From assembly GCA_950097015.1 (NCBI GenBank), contig CATNEN010000003.1:13888001-13952000 (forward strand): a DNA stretch of 64,000 nt, given 5' to 3'. The notes below the pieces were generated by a model. It was not told the DNA's origin, did not search any database, and saw only the letters and a list, made by a program, of their open reading frames with translations. The position numbers and the translations under genes were made by a program. This stretch comes from Macrostomum hystrix. Its lineage: Eukaryota; Animalia; Platyhelminthes. Below are positions 13,201 to 26,311 of the stretch, in pieces (the stretch's first letter is position 1; the number at the start of each line of letters is the position of its first letter).

Positions 13201-14294
13201 TGGATTCATTAGCTTGGAATTGAATGGATTCATTAGCTTGGAATTGAATGGATTCTCAGGCCCTAGTCGGTGCAAACTCATTGCAATAAAGGCACTCTAG
13301 GAAGATAGTACTATATTTGGAATCCCAACTGACAGGTCAGGGGTTCGAATCCATGCACTGAAAAGCTGTACGCAGCCACTGACTGTACATGTTGCATATC
13401 AAAATACAAAACTACTATTCGCCTTACAGACAACCTCTGGCTTGCCAGCTAGTGGCATTCAATTCGGACACCCTTACTCGGGTCTACTGCCTGCGCTACA
13501 GTCGATACGCGTGCCCGCTGCACAGTTGCCCAGCTAATTACACACCTGTGCTGTCCAGGTGCGGATCGAGGATAGCCTACGCTACTAATGTGAATGGCGG
13601 CGGCGCCAGTGTCGGCGTTAATAATCTGCCTAGTTGCGGAGTAGGAATTAATGGGGTTAATTCTGATAGAGGATTCGGCAGTTTTGGCGGAGGCTCCGCT
13701 GGGGGCGGAGGCGGCGGCGGAGAGCATTGCGCCGTGATGGTCAGGCAGCTGCCACAACCTTTGACACTTCGAGCCATGGCTAGAGAGGTCATTCTACAGG
13801 TGAGTGTTGAAAAAAGTCTAACCTGTTAGACATCATATTTTTACCTGTACTAATATTTCTTAACCTGTTAGACATAATAATTTTACCTGTACTAATATTG
13901 TCTAACCTCTTAGACATTATATTTTTAACTGTACTAATATTGTCTAGCCTGTTAGACATCATAATTTTACCTGTACTAATATTTCATAATCTGTTAGACA
14001 GAAAAGGTATATTTTGATATTTCCTGTTAAAATATTAATGTTATTTTGATAAACTTCACCATTTTACCTTTTACCTGTTAAAATGTTCTTACTTTTTATG
14101 CATCAAGAATTTTAACTGTTTTAATGTTGCCTCCTAAAACTGTCCCCCCAACTAACCAGATGTGGCCGGATCGCTACCTGTGCAATCAGGTGCTGCTGCC
14201 GCGACGACTGCAGAGCTATTTAAAATTCTTGCCGGATTTCACTTGCGCCGGTTCCTGCCTATCTAGGTCGAGTTCAACTGCCACCAACTATTGA
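10298..14294 (+). CDS. SOCS-box protein (putative Elongin BC/Cullin-5 E3 ligase substrate receptor) with a probable beta-rich N-terminal region; 5' end uncertain
   Basis: Phase-consistent GT-AG exons 10298-10515, 11406-11681, 12525-12949, 13430-13799 and 14160-14294. The C-terminus PLTLRAMAREVILQ|MWPDRYLCNQVLLPRRLQSYLKF fits a BC box plus LPxxLxxYL. AATAAA lies at 14341. Confidence 0.8.
10635..11357. repeat. 24-bp intronic minisatellite (GGAATTGATTGGATTCATTAGCTT)
   Basis: About 30 tandem units. The same unit recurs at 12955-13255. Confidence 0.95.
11705..12515. repeat. ~20-bp intronic minisatellite (CCATTCACCAACAACTCCCA)
   Basis: Tandem units fill almost the whole intron. Confidence 0.95.
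12955..13255. repeat. 24-bp intronic minisatellite, second array
   Basis: Same unit as 10635-11357. It starts directly after the GTGAGT donor. Confidence 0.95.
13818..14085. repeat. ~42-bp degenerate intronic repeat (CTAACCTGTTAGACAT...TTTTACCTGTACTAATATT)
   Basis: Four clear units plus decayed copies. Confidence 0.8.
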
Positions 14295-15719
14295 TTAAGA
14301 ACTAGAACTAATTTTTACTTGTAGTCTTTGTCACTCAGATAATAAAAGAGGTTTAAAACAGTATATACAATTCATTCTAGAAAAGAACAACATATCCGGA
14401 AAAAATACGTAAACCCGGAAAACTATTGAAAATTCGAAACTAATTTTAAATTCGGAGAGTCAAGTTCCACAACACTATATAGCAATACTTTTCTTTAATG
14501 GACTCCTTAACAAGTTTTAATATGTCAATATTAAATATGTAAATATTAAATATTAATATTTATTTTATAATATTTAATAAAAAAATATTTCACATATCCA
14601 TTAGAACATTAATTTAGGAAATTTCACTCTTTTAGAAAGCTGTTTGTCCATTGTCCCATATCTGTACGATTGTCAAAACATCTAACAATAATGAGAAAGA
14701 AACATGTTAATTATGTGATGCTTGCTTTTTGTCTGTTTGTCTTTGAATTATTATTATGTTTGTTTTCTATAGTAACTTTCCCTGTGTTTTTAATTGCACA
14801 TTCATGGCTTAAAATCAACATAACGCTTAACGGTTTATAATTTTCAGTTTACTTTTAGATAATTATAATAAATGATTTTTTGTTGTTGTCACCTTTTTTC
14901 AGTTAATATCGGTTTATTATTTTAGTTTTTTAGTTTTTTCTGTTTGTTCTCAATCCTATAATACTACTTTTTACGTCTTAATCCTTCATGAGTCATTTAG
15001 TTCATGTGAACATCTTACTACCTTGTAAATACGTCGATAGTTTTGTAAAAAAACTAGAAATATATATTACAAAGAATATTTTTTAGGTTTCCTAAACGAT
15101 ACTAAATTTATGAAGCTTCCGCATAATTTCATTTCTCAAGTTATTCATAATTTTATCCGTCTCTGCCGTTGTCTTTTTGTTTACCTAGTTTTTGCATCAA
15201 AGAACATTTCGCGTAAAAGCAGCATTTTTGTTTTGCTCATTTTCGTGTGTTTTTCAGCCAGATTTCATTGGACCTCAATGTTTATACAATCATACAATCT
15301 GCCTGTCGGAGTTGTTTTCTACAATTTATCACATTTTTGCGTTTATATTAATTTATGCATTATTGTTTGCTTTAATTTACTGCACCCGAAGCACTTTCTA
15401 GTTTGTGTTTTATTCCGCTCTGAAATAAATTTACTTTACGAAGTTGTCCCACAATTTTTTTAATTTTCTTGTTTATCGTTCCCTGTTGTCGTTGCGTCGT
15501 TGGTAACCATTTTTACCTAAATCGCGTTTGATTTTTTCAAGTGTTCAAGTTAATTCGGTTTTGTCTGTAAATGTTACATTTTACTTAATCGAAAACGAAA
15601 TATCGGCTTTTGTCCATTTAAAGAAAAAGAAACCTAGCTTAAAAATGTGCACGTTTTCAAATTTCAATTTTTATAAACTTTCTTTTTTATCTAACGAAAG
15701 ACAAAACAGCTATTAAAAA

Positions 15720-15897
15720 CACCCACCTCACTCTACACACCAACAGCTCACTCCGCACATAATTCACTCGACACACCAACCTTAAATTTCACAAACCAAC
15801 CTCACACTAGCCTCACGCCACACGCCAACCTCACTCCACACGCCAACCTCACTCCACGCACCAACCTCGCTGCACTTTCAACATCCAACTCACTCCA
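15720..15897. repeat. Degenerate ~18-bp repeat (CCAACCTCACTCCACACG)
   Basis: Several imperfect tandem units. Confidence 0.7.
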
Positions 15898-17177
15898 GTT
15901 TCCTAAATTTCCCAAATTTGCCTCCTTTAACGAGGAATCTAATTATCATTGGTAAATATAGTTATTTGCAGCGTTCATTGTTTTAATCTTAGTTACATTT
16001 AATTTTACTTAGCCGCATACCATAAGAGACCTATATTTATGAGTTTTTACTAATAGTAACACGTGATCTTTCCATTCAAACAATTTCTCAGCAAAGTATT
16101 TAATTTTTCATTGTAATGCACAACTCGCAAACAGTTTCTGCTTCAATTGCAACATATTTTGTAAACCAAGTTTTTTAAAGTAAGGTAATAAAAAAGTTTT
16201 TTTAAGTCGTGTGTAACTTGTGTTTATTGTTTTATGTTGCACCTGTATTTAGCGTAGCTGCTTAATTTGCTTAAGTTTGCTTTTTTCGTTTTGTTTTGCT
16301 GCTGAATATTTACTTTTTCTATAATCTACGAGTAAAAAAACAAATATTGTGATTCTATTCATTGTCTCCCAGTCCATATTCGTTAAATCCTACTAATTTA
16401 AGTAGAAGAGTAGGTTTTGGCTTGTTTTTTATCTTTTAAACATCCCACGAGTTAATGTTAAAGTATTTTGCTATAAGTGTTAAATGGAGAAAGAAAATTA
16501 TACAATTTATAGTGCAGTCACAATTTCCAACAATGACAGACATTGTGGTTGTTTCAACAAGTCCCAAACCAGCAACTTTATGGTTAGAAAAAAATCGGTG
16601 TTTTCCTAAGAGACTTGCTTGAATTTCGGCATCAACAGACTTAACTTACTTTGATCCTTAGATTAGATTGGAGTGAAAATTCTCACAGATCAGTTAGCTA
16701 GATTATCATTATCGTTAAGAGAAACAATTGTTTAAATATGTGTTCATTTGTATTTGATTGACTCTTTACCAACTATGCTACACGTGAGTAGTAAATGTTG
16801 CGCGCATGTTTAGTCGACAAAATTTGAAGCTTTAGCGTTCTTTGTTAGGCAATAGTCAGTTAAACAATAATAAGCAAATGTTTGCGGTAAAATTCGTCAA
16901 GCACTCCAGACAAACTTCAAGCATGCAGAATTTCTTTCGAGGTACAAAGTAATGTTTTATGACGAATTTATGAAACAGGGTTTCAATCGCACAGCCCAGA
17001 GTGACAATTTGTGTCCTTGATTAACACTTTAAAACACAAAAAACGCTACACGGACTGAGCTATTGTCGAGGGGGGCATCATTTAAATAAGCGAGAAATGT
17101 GTGCAAAAAATAGCGGTGAAAGTATGACGAGAATCTTTCTTTTTAACAATTTCGGACAAGCTCAAGGAAAAAGCAGC

Positions 17178-18868
17178 TCATCTGCGGCTGATGATTAGGC
17201 GGTAGTCACCCGGAACACGCAGCGAGCCCATTCTTCCCCGTAGGATCTCGTCCTTCCTGATGGCGCTCTCTGGCGCGGGACGCACGCGGTACCGCTGCAT
17301 GAGGGCCGTGAAGAACAGGAAGATCTCCATGCGGGCCAGCGACTCTCCGACGCAGGCGCGTCGACCGATGAGGAACGGCACGAGGTACTGGCTGCTGCGG
17401 TAGCGACCATTTTCATCCAGGAAGTGCTCAGGATAGAACTCGTTCGGCTTCGCCCAGTAGTCGGCGCGGTGGTGAATGCCGTACACCAGCGGAATGATGA
17501 TGGCGTCGCTTGGTATGCGATGTCCGTGGAAGGTAGTGTCCTCTACGGCTCGGTGGAAAACGCCGATGGCTGCTAGCGAGGCCTTGCGGTAGCACTCGTC
17601 GATCACAGCGCAGGTGTAGTGCAGCTCCGTCTTGTCCTGCATCCTCGGACGCCTCGACTGACCAACGACATTGTCCAGCTCCTGCTGCACTCGCTGCTGA
17701 ACCTCCGGGTAAAAGGCCATGTAGATCATCAGCCACTCCATGGAGCGAGCGGTCGTGTCCGTTCCAGCCAGGTAGAACTCGAAGCACACTCGAATGATCT
17801 GGAACTCCTTGAAGGTCTCCATGTCGCCGGCCTTCTCCGCTTTGCGCTTCTCCTTTAAAGTTTTTTGGGTAATCAAGTTGTTCCTTTTTCTTATTTACTG
17901 ACCTTTAATTTTCTCGCCTGAACTTGAATAACCTGAAATTTTCATAAACCTGAGGTTACAAGAGCTTAACGACTGTCACAGCAGCTCACCTGGATGTAAG
18001 CATCGCACAGGCAGCTTGGAGCGACATTTCCCGCCGACTCCAGCGCAGCCTCTCTTTCCCGAATTTGAGCCCGAAAAAAATCGTGCAGATATTCGACATC
18101 GCGAAACACCCTGGTGGACATGGGAACAATGTCCAAGAGTTTCTCAGCCGCGGGAAACAAAAAGCAGGCCGTCTCGGAAATCCCGGACTCCATGGTGTTC
18201 GCAATCAGACTCGTCACCTTCTTGAAGCTCGGATCGTCGCGATGAAATCGTTTCCCGAGCGTCATCTCGGTGATGACAGAGTTGACGGCTATCAGAAACG
18301 TGTCCAGAGTCTTGATTGGCTGGACGTTTGATGCAGCAATGTCGAACTGTTGCAGCAGTTGCTCTAGCTGGTCCTCGATCATGCCAACTGCCTGAGTGCC
18401 GGAGAAGCCAGTCTCTCGGAGGGTTCTCAAACTCAGACGCCGCTGCTGGCACCAGACCTGACCTTCAACCAGGAAGATGCCGCAGTTTCTAGTCATCTTC
18501 TCGAACAGGCGCAGTCGCGGTCGTCCAGCGAAGATAGGATCCTCGAGCATCTCCTTCAACAGCGGATAAGAGTTGACTACCACGAACAGACGGGAGCCCA
18601 TGTAGAAGGAGCACAGATCGCCGTATCTCTGACACTCGCGCTGCATCGTCAGGTGGAGGCAGAGGGCATCGGCCCAGGGTAGGCGACCCAGTAGCGGCAG
18701 CCCCGTTGGGCCGGGCGGCAAATCACGTGACTTCCTCCAGTAGTAGATGGCGTATGCGGCTGCCACAGTGGCGACAAACATCAAATTGGCTGACCAGAAG
18801 CTGGTGACCGCCCCTGTAGCCGCTAGGGTCCATTGGAGCCACTCTAAAATTTGTTGCCTGTGGGCCAT
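17178..18868 (-). CDS. Cytochrome P450, clan 2-like (CYP-A), 517 aa, 2 exons
   Basis: Exons 18868-17990 and 17852-17178 (phase 0, 137-nt GT-AG intron). Motifs: N-terminal hydrophobic anchor, PPGP hinge, WxxxR, AGTDTT I-helix, ExxR (ECYR), PEHF, and heme motif FLIGRRACVG. Confidence 0.95.
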
Positions 18869-20167
18869 TGTAGAAAATTGTTTCTTAGAATCGTTACAAA
18901 TGAAAAATTGCAGACAGCTTCCACCTTAAAATATAAGTCCCATTGGGATAGGCGGGTTGGCTTAAATTAGACCTCCAACCCCTGGGAGAGACCCAGACAT
19001 CGCGACCTCTAGAGTGTGCGAGAGAGATTTGGGGAGGTTTGTCTCTCCTGCTTTGAGGTTGTTTGCTCCCGACCTCAGCCAATCTAGACCCAGCTTAAGG
19101 TGTGTCTGTGTGTGTGCTTTTGCGTGTGTTTCGGTCTTGTCTCTGGGGCCAATTCGTTGGTGTGTTGGGCTGCTTTTGAAACATTGGTTGGCTGCTTCTA
19201 TTCATTTTTCTGTCTCAGCATTTCTCTCTCTCTCTACCCCCCTGCATATTTGCCCCAGGGTTCGTCAAGTTTATTCAAACGCAATAATTTCATGACTGAC
19301 TGAATTTCATGCACAATTAGCCTTTGAAGTTCATTGAAATTTATGAGAATCTTTTTAGTACACTCTAAAAGTGCAAGCACCTGTTCTTCGCAGTTTGAAA
19401 AGTCGACGTCAAAAAATGTTTTTTTTTATTTTTTACAGTGATGTCTATCTCAACGACCCAATCAAAACAAAAGAATGTTTTGTTTTATATTAAAAAATAT
19501 CTCTTAATCGTTATTCATATTATTAACTCCTCAAAAACAAAAAATAGAAGAAAATTAGAAATTTCCAAACTATTTTTTTGATTTGGTACCAACCACAGGA
19601 CTATCGAAACGTGATATTTTAAAGACGTTCTTATATAGAAGAAACTGCGCTGTTGTAAATAAATAGATTAAGTTGTCTGCGATTTATGACTTATTATTAC
19701 TTAAAAAATGACAAAAACTTTGCATGTGTTAGGTTGGGGGTTCACACAGTGCAAATACTTCGACGTGCAGTTTCGAGACTGACCTCGAAAAGTACAAACT
19801 ATTATTTTAAAGAAGCACAGTTAAAAATAGACTGGTCACGTGATCTGGATTCTCTGATGAAGAAATATCGATTAGAAATAGTTTTTGTTTTATTGAGACA
19901 GCATAGAAATGCTAAAGTGCACCTGGTGCACCAAGTCAGTTTTTCAAGGAACAGCGCACATGGGAAAATCGTTGGGAAAACTTCGCTTATAATATAGGTT
20001 TTTTGCGATCTGTTAATGTCTGCTAACAGACTGTCATGAACTTTTTTTAGGTGATTGTTTGGCCGTTGATTTTTTGTTCGGTGCATAAAAGGTGTCAAGC
20101 ACTTTCCTCCCTTGGTGCTTAACAAATGCAAATAAGTTTCTTTTACTAAAATTATTTCATATCCTAA

Positions 20168-20937
20168 GTGGTCCTTCAATCTATCGAACGTTCTTTCAAT
20201 TCTTGGTCCTTCAATCTATCGAACGTTCTTTCAATTCTTGGTCCTTCAATCTATCGAACGTTCTTTCAATTCTTGGTCCTTCAATCCATCGAACGTTCTT
20301 TCAATTCTTGGTCCTTCAATCCATCGAACGTTCTTTCAATTCTTGGTCCTTCAATCTATCGAACGTTCTTTCAATTCTTGGTCCTTCAATCCATCGAACG
20401 TATTTTCAATTCTTGGTCCTTCAATCCATCGAACATTCTTTCAATTCTTGGTCCTTCAATTATTTATCAAACGTTCTTTCAATTCTTGGTCCTTCAATCC
20501 ATCGAATATTCTTTCAATTCTTGGTCCTTCAATTATTTATCAAACGTTCTTTCAATTCTTGGTCCTTCAATTATGTATCGAACGTTCTATCAATTCTTGG
20601 TCCTTCAATGTATCGAACGTTCTATCAAGCCTTGGTCCTTCAATTATGTATCAAACGTTCTATCAATCCTTGGTCCTTCAATTATGTATCGAACGTTCTA
20701 TCAATTCTTGGTCCTTCAATGTATCGAACGTTCTATCAATCCTTGGTCCTTCAATTATGTATCGAACGTTCTATCAAGCCTTGGTCCTTCAATTATGTAT
20801 CGAACGTTCTATCAATCCTTGGTCCTTCAATTATGTATCAAACGTTCCATCAATCCTTGGTCCTTCAATGTATCGAACGTTCTATCAAGCCTTGGTCCTT
20901 CAATTATGTATCGAACGTTCTATCAATCCTTGGTCCT
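20168..20937. repeat. ~34-38-bp minisatellite (TTGGTCCTTCAATCTATCGAACGTTCTTTCAATTC)
   Basis: More than 20 units, with variants polarised along the array. Confidence 0.95.
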
Positions 20938-21637
20938 TTTATATATAGACTATTTTTAACTCCATGGCTAAAAACCCCCCTTGATTCAATACATAGACTT
21001 TTTGTCTTAGTCCTTTAAGTGAAGCCCAATATAATTACAGTATGCATTTATTGGCACTACCTGGAAAAGTGCACACGAATAGCACTCACGAACTGACTGG
21101 TCAGTAAGTTCAGTTGCGCGAGTCAATAAGTAAGACCCTGCTATGAAAAAGTTCAAGTATTCGACACATTTTACTTTTTATATATCGTACCCGATTCGTC
21201 TTGGTTTGACCTCTCTCTCTCTACCTACCCTCTACCCTTTTCTCTCGCCCACTAAAACCCACCTACCCAGGTCGACACAATGAAATATTTTACTATTTAC
21301 TTACAGGGTATGAAATTGCGGTTCAATTCAAGTGCGTCTTATATTAAGTGAGTACAAGATTTGGAACTTCTCGCGAGTGATATGTTTATTTTAAAGCAGA
21401 TCCGACGGGTCTGCTAAAAGACAGTGGTCACTTCATAATAAGTGCCTATTTACTATATCTAGTAAAGAGTCTAATTTATTGTGACATTGAAATAAAAGCT
21501 CTTTTCATTATTATGGCCTTTCTAATTAAAGGGTTGGCATAGAAAAAGCGTAATATTGCTGAATTTACTTTTTAATTTGTATCTTTCTTACTCTACCCTA
21601 GTTACGAGTACTTTCTCCCCTGCTTCATTGTCCCTAA

Positions 21638-22337
21638 ATCTTTTCTTCCCCTGATTCTTTCTCCCCCTGATTCCTTCTCCCCCTGATTCTTTCTCCCCTG
21701 ATTCCTTCTCCCCCTGATTCTTTCTCCCCTGATTCCTTCTCCCCCTGATTCTTTCTCCCCCTGATTATTTCTCCCACTGATTCTTTCTCCCCCTGATTCT
21801 TTCTCCCCTGATTCTTTCTCCCCCTGATTTTTTCTCTGACCAGATTCTTTCTCCCCCCAGATTCTTTCTCCCCCTGATTTTCTCTCCCCTGATTCTTTCT
21901 TCCCCTGATTCTTTCTCCCCCAGATTCTTTCTCCCCCTGATTCTCTCTCCCCCTGATTCCTTCTCCCCCTAATTCTTTCTCCCCCTGATTCTTTCTCCCC
22001 TGATTATTTCTCCCCTGATTCTTTCTCCCCTGATTCTTTCTCCCCTGATTCTTTCTTCCCGATTCTTTCTTCCCCTGATTCTTCCTCCCCGATTTTTTCT
22101 CCCCCAGATTCTTTCTTCCCAGATTCTTTCTCCCCCCAGATTCTTTCTCCCCTGATTCTCTCTCCCCCTGATTCCTTCTCCCCCTCATTCTTTCTCCCCC
22201 TGATTCTTTCTCCCCTGATTATTTCTCCCCTGATTCTTTCTCCCCGATTTTTTCTCCCCCTGATTCCTTCTCCCCCAGATTCTTTCTCCCCTGATTCTTT
22301 CTCCCCTGATTCTTTCTCCCCCTTATTCTTTCTCCCA
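21638..22337. repeat. 15-16-bp pyrimidine-rich minisatellite (TTCTTTCTCCCCCTGA)
   Basis: Tandem units are visible. Confidence 0.95.
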
Positions 22338-22689
22338 CCTGCGACTGCAGGGACAGAATGGGTCATGGTTTGGTACTCGTAGGTTATATCGCGCCTAGGG
22401 TTCGCGGCTTCTCAGAAAGAAGAAAGTACAGGCGAGGAATGAGGGATAAAAGAGGAGAAGGGAACACTACTGACATTAATTTAGTCTAGCTGTACTAATA
22501 AAAGCAGCACGAGTGTCGAGTATCGAGTGAATATAATGAGTCACATAGATTCTTGCTTTCAGTGCGGTTCGTTCTCGACCTCCTGGGTGCGTCCCTCAAA
22601 AGGTCGTCCTGCACTTTGAAATGCTTCTAAACTAGTTTTTTTACTTACTTCTTAACGCGTGTCAATGTTACTTCTGTCTTAAGAAGTCT

Positions 22690-23169
22690 TAAAGTGACAG
22701 TAATGAGTGATAGATGATGAGACTAAAGTGACAGTAATGAGTGATAGATGATGAGAATGGAATGACAGTAATGAGTGATAGATGATGAGAATGGAATGAC
22801 AGTAATGAGTGATAGATGATGAGAATGGAATGACAGTAATGAGTGATAGATGATGAGAATGGAATGACAGTAATGAGTGATAGTTGATGATACTAAAGTG
22901 ACAGTAATGAGTGATAGATGATGAGAATGGAATGACAGTAATGAGTGATAGATGATGAGAATGGAATGACAGTAATGAGTGATAGATGATGAGAATGGAA
23001 TGACAGTAATGAGTGATAGTTGATGATACTAAAGTGACAGTAATGAGTGATAGATGATGAGAATGGAATGACAGTAATGAGTGATAGATGATGAGACTAA
23101 AGTGACAGTAATGAGTGATAGATGATGAGAATGGAGTGACAGTAATGAGTGATAGATGATGAGACTAAA
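22690..23169. repeat. 34-bp minisatellite (TGACAGTAATGAGTGATAGATGATGAGAATGGAA)
   Basis: About 14 units. Confidence 0.95.
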
Positions 23170-23902
23170 TAGATACGGAAATATTTCTGTACCCACTACA
23201 AATGAATAAAAACTTGGGTGAATTTCGATACAAAATGTTAAGCAAATATGTTATTGATTCGTCAATAGTTATTGGCTCATTCAATATTGTCTGTCTGTCT
23301 GTCTGTGAGTCCGCAATGATGTAAACACTGAAATTTGATAGGGTACAATCAAACGTTAGAGATATAGGCGAGAGAAAGACGAGAGCAAATAATATGTAAG
23401 GTCATATTTTGCAGTCAAAACAAATTTCTGTTTTCATGGGCAGAACCAAAATACTTATCGACTCGATTCTCATTCTCATTGGAATCCGCCAAAAAATTCA
23501 ATCTGGGTGGCTTCTGCTTTTTTGTCTGTTGAGGCAGCAATTTCCGCTGTGCCGCAAACAGACACACACACACACTCTCTCTCTCTTTGTACCACTTTGC
23601 GGACTCGGGAAAATCACTAGCAGGTGTGTTTAGAATGATTTATATAATACGCATTACTTGGATTCAATTAAACTACATTTTACGAAGCCATTGCGCGTGA
23701 TAGTGAGTCCGAAAATTTTAACTAAAAAATTATAGGTCAAACTTATTAGCATGCACAAACGAAGGTACTGAGAGATGAGAAATTCCGATTAAGGGAATAT
23801 TTTGAGAATCTTATAATCTTCCTAGGAGATTAAAGAATTGAGAGAGAGGGGGAATGGGCATAGAAAGAGTGAGCGTGGGAGGGAGAGTGAAAATAAGAGA
23901 AG

Positions 23903-23922
23903 TAGAGTGAGAGTTGGAATGC

Positions 23923-23964
<42 letters not shown>

Positions 23965-23982
23965 CAGTGAGAGTTGGAATGC

Positions 23983-24048
<66 letters not shown>

Positions 24049-24078
24049 CAGTGAGAGTGACAGTGAGAGTTGGAATGC

Positions 24079-24120
<42 letters not shown>

Positions 24121-24138
24121 CAGTGAGAGTTGGAATGC

Positions 24139-24186
<48 letters not shown>

Positions 24187-24307
24187 CAGTGAGAGTGACA
24201 GTGAGAGTTGGAATGCGAGTGAGAGTGAGAGTGAGAGTGAGAGTGACAGTGACAGTGAGAGTTGGAATGCGAGTGAGAGTGAGAGTGAGAGTGAGAGTAA
24301 GAGTAAG

Positions 24308-24338
<31 letters not shown>

Positions 24339-24343
24339 ATGAG

Positions 24344-24396
<53 letters not shown>

Positions 24397-24405
24397 CAGT
24401 GAGAT

Positions 24406-24463
<58 letters not shown>

Positions 24464-24503
24464 TGACAGTGAGAGTGAGAGTGAGAGTAAGAGTGAGAGT
24501 GAC

Positions 24504-24566
<63 letters not shown>

Positions 24567-24633
24567 AAGAGTGAGAGTGACAGTGAGAGTGACAGTGAGA
24601 GTGAGAGTCAGAGTGAGAGTGAGTGAGAGTGAC

Positions 24634-24668
<35 letters not shown>

Positions 24669-24931
24669 CAGTGAGAGTAAGAGTGGGAGTGAGAGTAAGA
24701 GTGAGAGTGAGAGTGAGAGTAATAGTGAGAGTGAGAGTAAGAGTGAGAGTGAGAGTGAGAGTGAGAGTAAGAGTGAGAGTGAGAGTGAGAGTGAGAGTAA
24801 GAGTAAGAGTGGGAGTGAGAGTAAGAGTGAGAGTGAGAGTGAGAGTAATAGTGAGAGTGAGAGTAAGAGTGAGAGTGAGAGTGAGAGTGAGAGTAAGAGT
24901 GAGAGTGAGAGTGAGAGTGAGAGTAAGAGTA

Positions 24932-24968
<37 letters not shown>

Positions 24969-24975
24969 AAGGGAA

Positions 24976-25008
<33 letters not shown>

Positions 25009-25032
25009 CAGTGACAGTGAGAGTTGGAATGC

Positions 25033-25076
<44 letters not shown>

Positions 25077-25077
25077 A

Positions 25078-25134
<57 letters not shown>

Positions 25135-25241
25135 AAGTGAGAATGAGTGAGAATGAGAATGAGAGTGAGATTGAGAGTGAGAGTGAGAGTGAGTGAGAAT
25201 GAGAATGAGAATGAGAGTGAGATTGAGAGTGAGAGTGAGAG

Positions 25242-25292
<51 letters not shown>

Positions 25293-25293
25293 A

Positions 25294-25350
<57 letters not shown>

Positions 25351-25351
25351 C

Positions 25352-25386
<35 letters not shown>

Positions 25387-25441
25387 CAGTGAGAGTAAGA
25401 GTGGGAGTGAGAGTAAGAGTGAGAGTGAGAGTGAGAGTAAT

Positions 25442-25486
<45 letters not shown>

Positions 25487-25487
25487 A

Positions 25488-25528
<41 letters not shown>

Positions 25529-25736
25529 AAGAGTGAGAGTGAGAGTGAGAGTGAGAGTAAGAGTGATAGTGACAGTGAGAGTGACAGTGAGAGTGAGAGT
25601 GAGAGTGAGTGAGAGTGAGAGTGACAGTGAGAGTGAGAGTGAGAGTGAGAGTGACAGTAAGAGTGAGAGTGAGAGTGGGAGTGAGAGTGACAGTGAGAGT
25701 GGGAGTGACAGTGACAGTGAGAGTGAGAGTGAGAGT
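23903..25736. repeat. (GAGAGT)n hexamer satellite, ~1.8 kb
   Basis: Visible directly. It is the source of the RV- and SE-repeat ORFs. Confidence 0.97.
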
Positions 25737-26311
25737 GGCAGTTTTGAGTTAAAGTTGAGAAACCTAAACTTAAGAAATCAATTAAAAGACGGCAAAATGT
25801 AACAATAGCGAAGTCTGCTTGTTATTGATGAGTACATTGGGTGGTCTTAAACATCTTTGACTTCTAATTCTAAATAATAAAAAACACATTTTATTTTCAT
25901 TCAGCTCTACTTCTGAGTAGAAAGTATAGAGTGTATCTTCCATCCCTGGCATCAACAAACGAATGTACTTCAAAAGCTATGATAAATCAAGCATCGGAAT
26001 AATTAAGAGAGATTAAATTTAGGTCACTATGATGGAATATTAGATTAATAAAACTTAAAGTTCGTCATTGGTCATGTTACTTTCAAAAGAAGTAAGATGT
26101 GCTACATGTATCATCGCTTGAACTGGTTACATTTCAGACCGTGAAGCAAAAAGAAAATTTTTCCGTGTCATGTATTCTACGAGTATATAAAAACAGTTTT
26201 AGCATGCTAAAATTAAAACCTAACTTTGAAGAGTTACGTAAAGGAAATCTATTTTGCTACTTTTTCTCGTTATGAAACTATTACATGATTAAAAGTCATT
26301 CTCCACCAAAG

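Noticed and set aside
13260-13300. Extra exon in the SOCS-box gene
   Set aside because: The required phase gives an immediate TAG, the sequence is the shared flank of the 24-bp array, and 12949->13430 already joins in frame.
15110-15716. AT-rich ORFs 15110-15463, 15192-15401 and 15528-15716
   Set aside because: Their composition is unlike the GC-rich true exons, and there is no homology or splice support.
22556-22622. Imperfect hairpin (AGTGCGG...CGACCT...AGGTCG...CTGCACT)
   Set aside because: Large internal loops and no recognisable miRNA, SECIS or ribozyme features.
23838-25802. RV- and SE-repeat ORFs
   Set aside because: They are translations of (GAGAGT)n with frequent frame slips.
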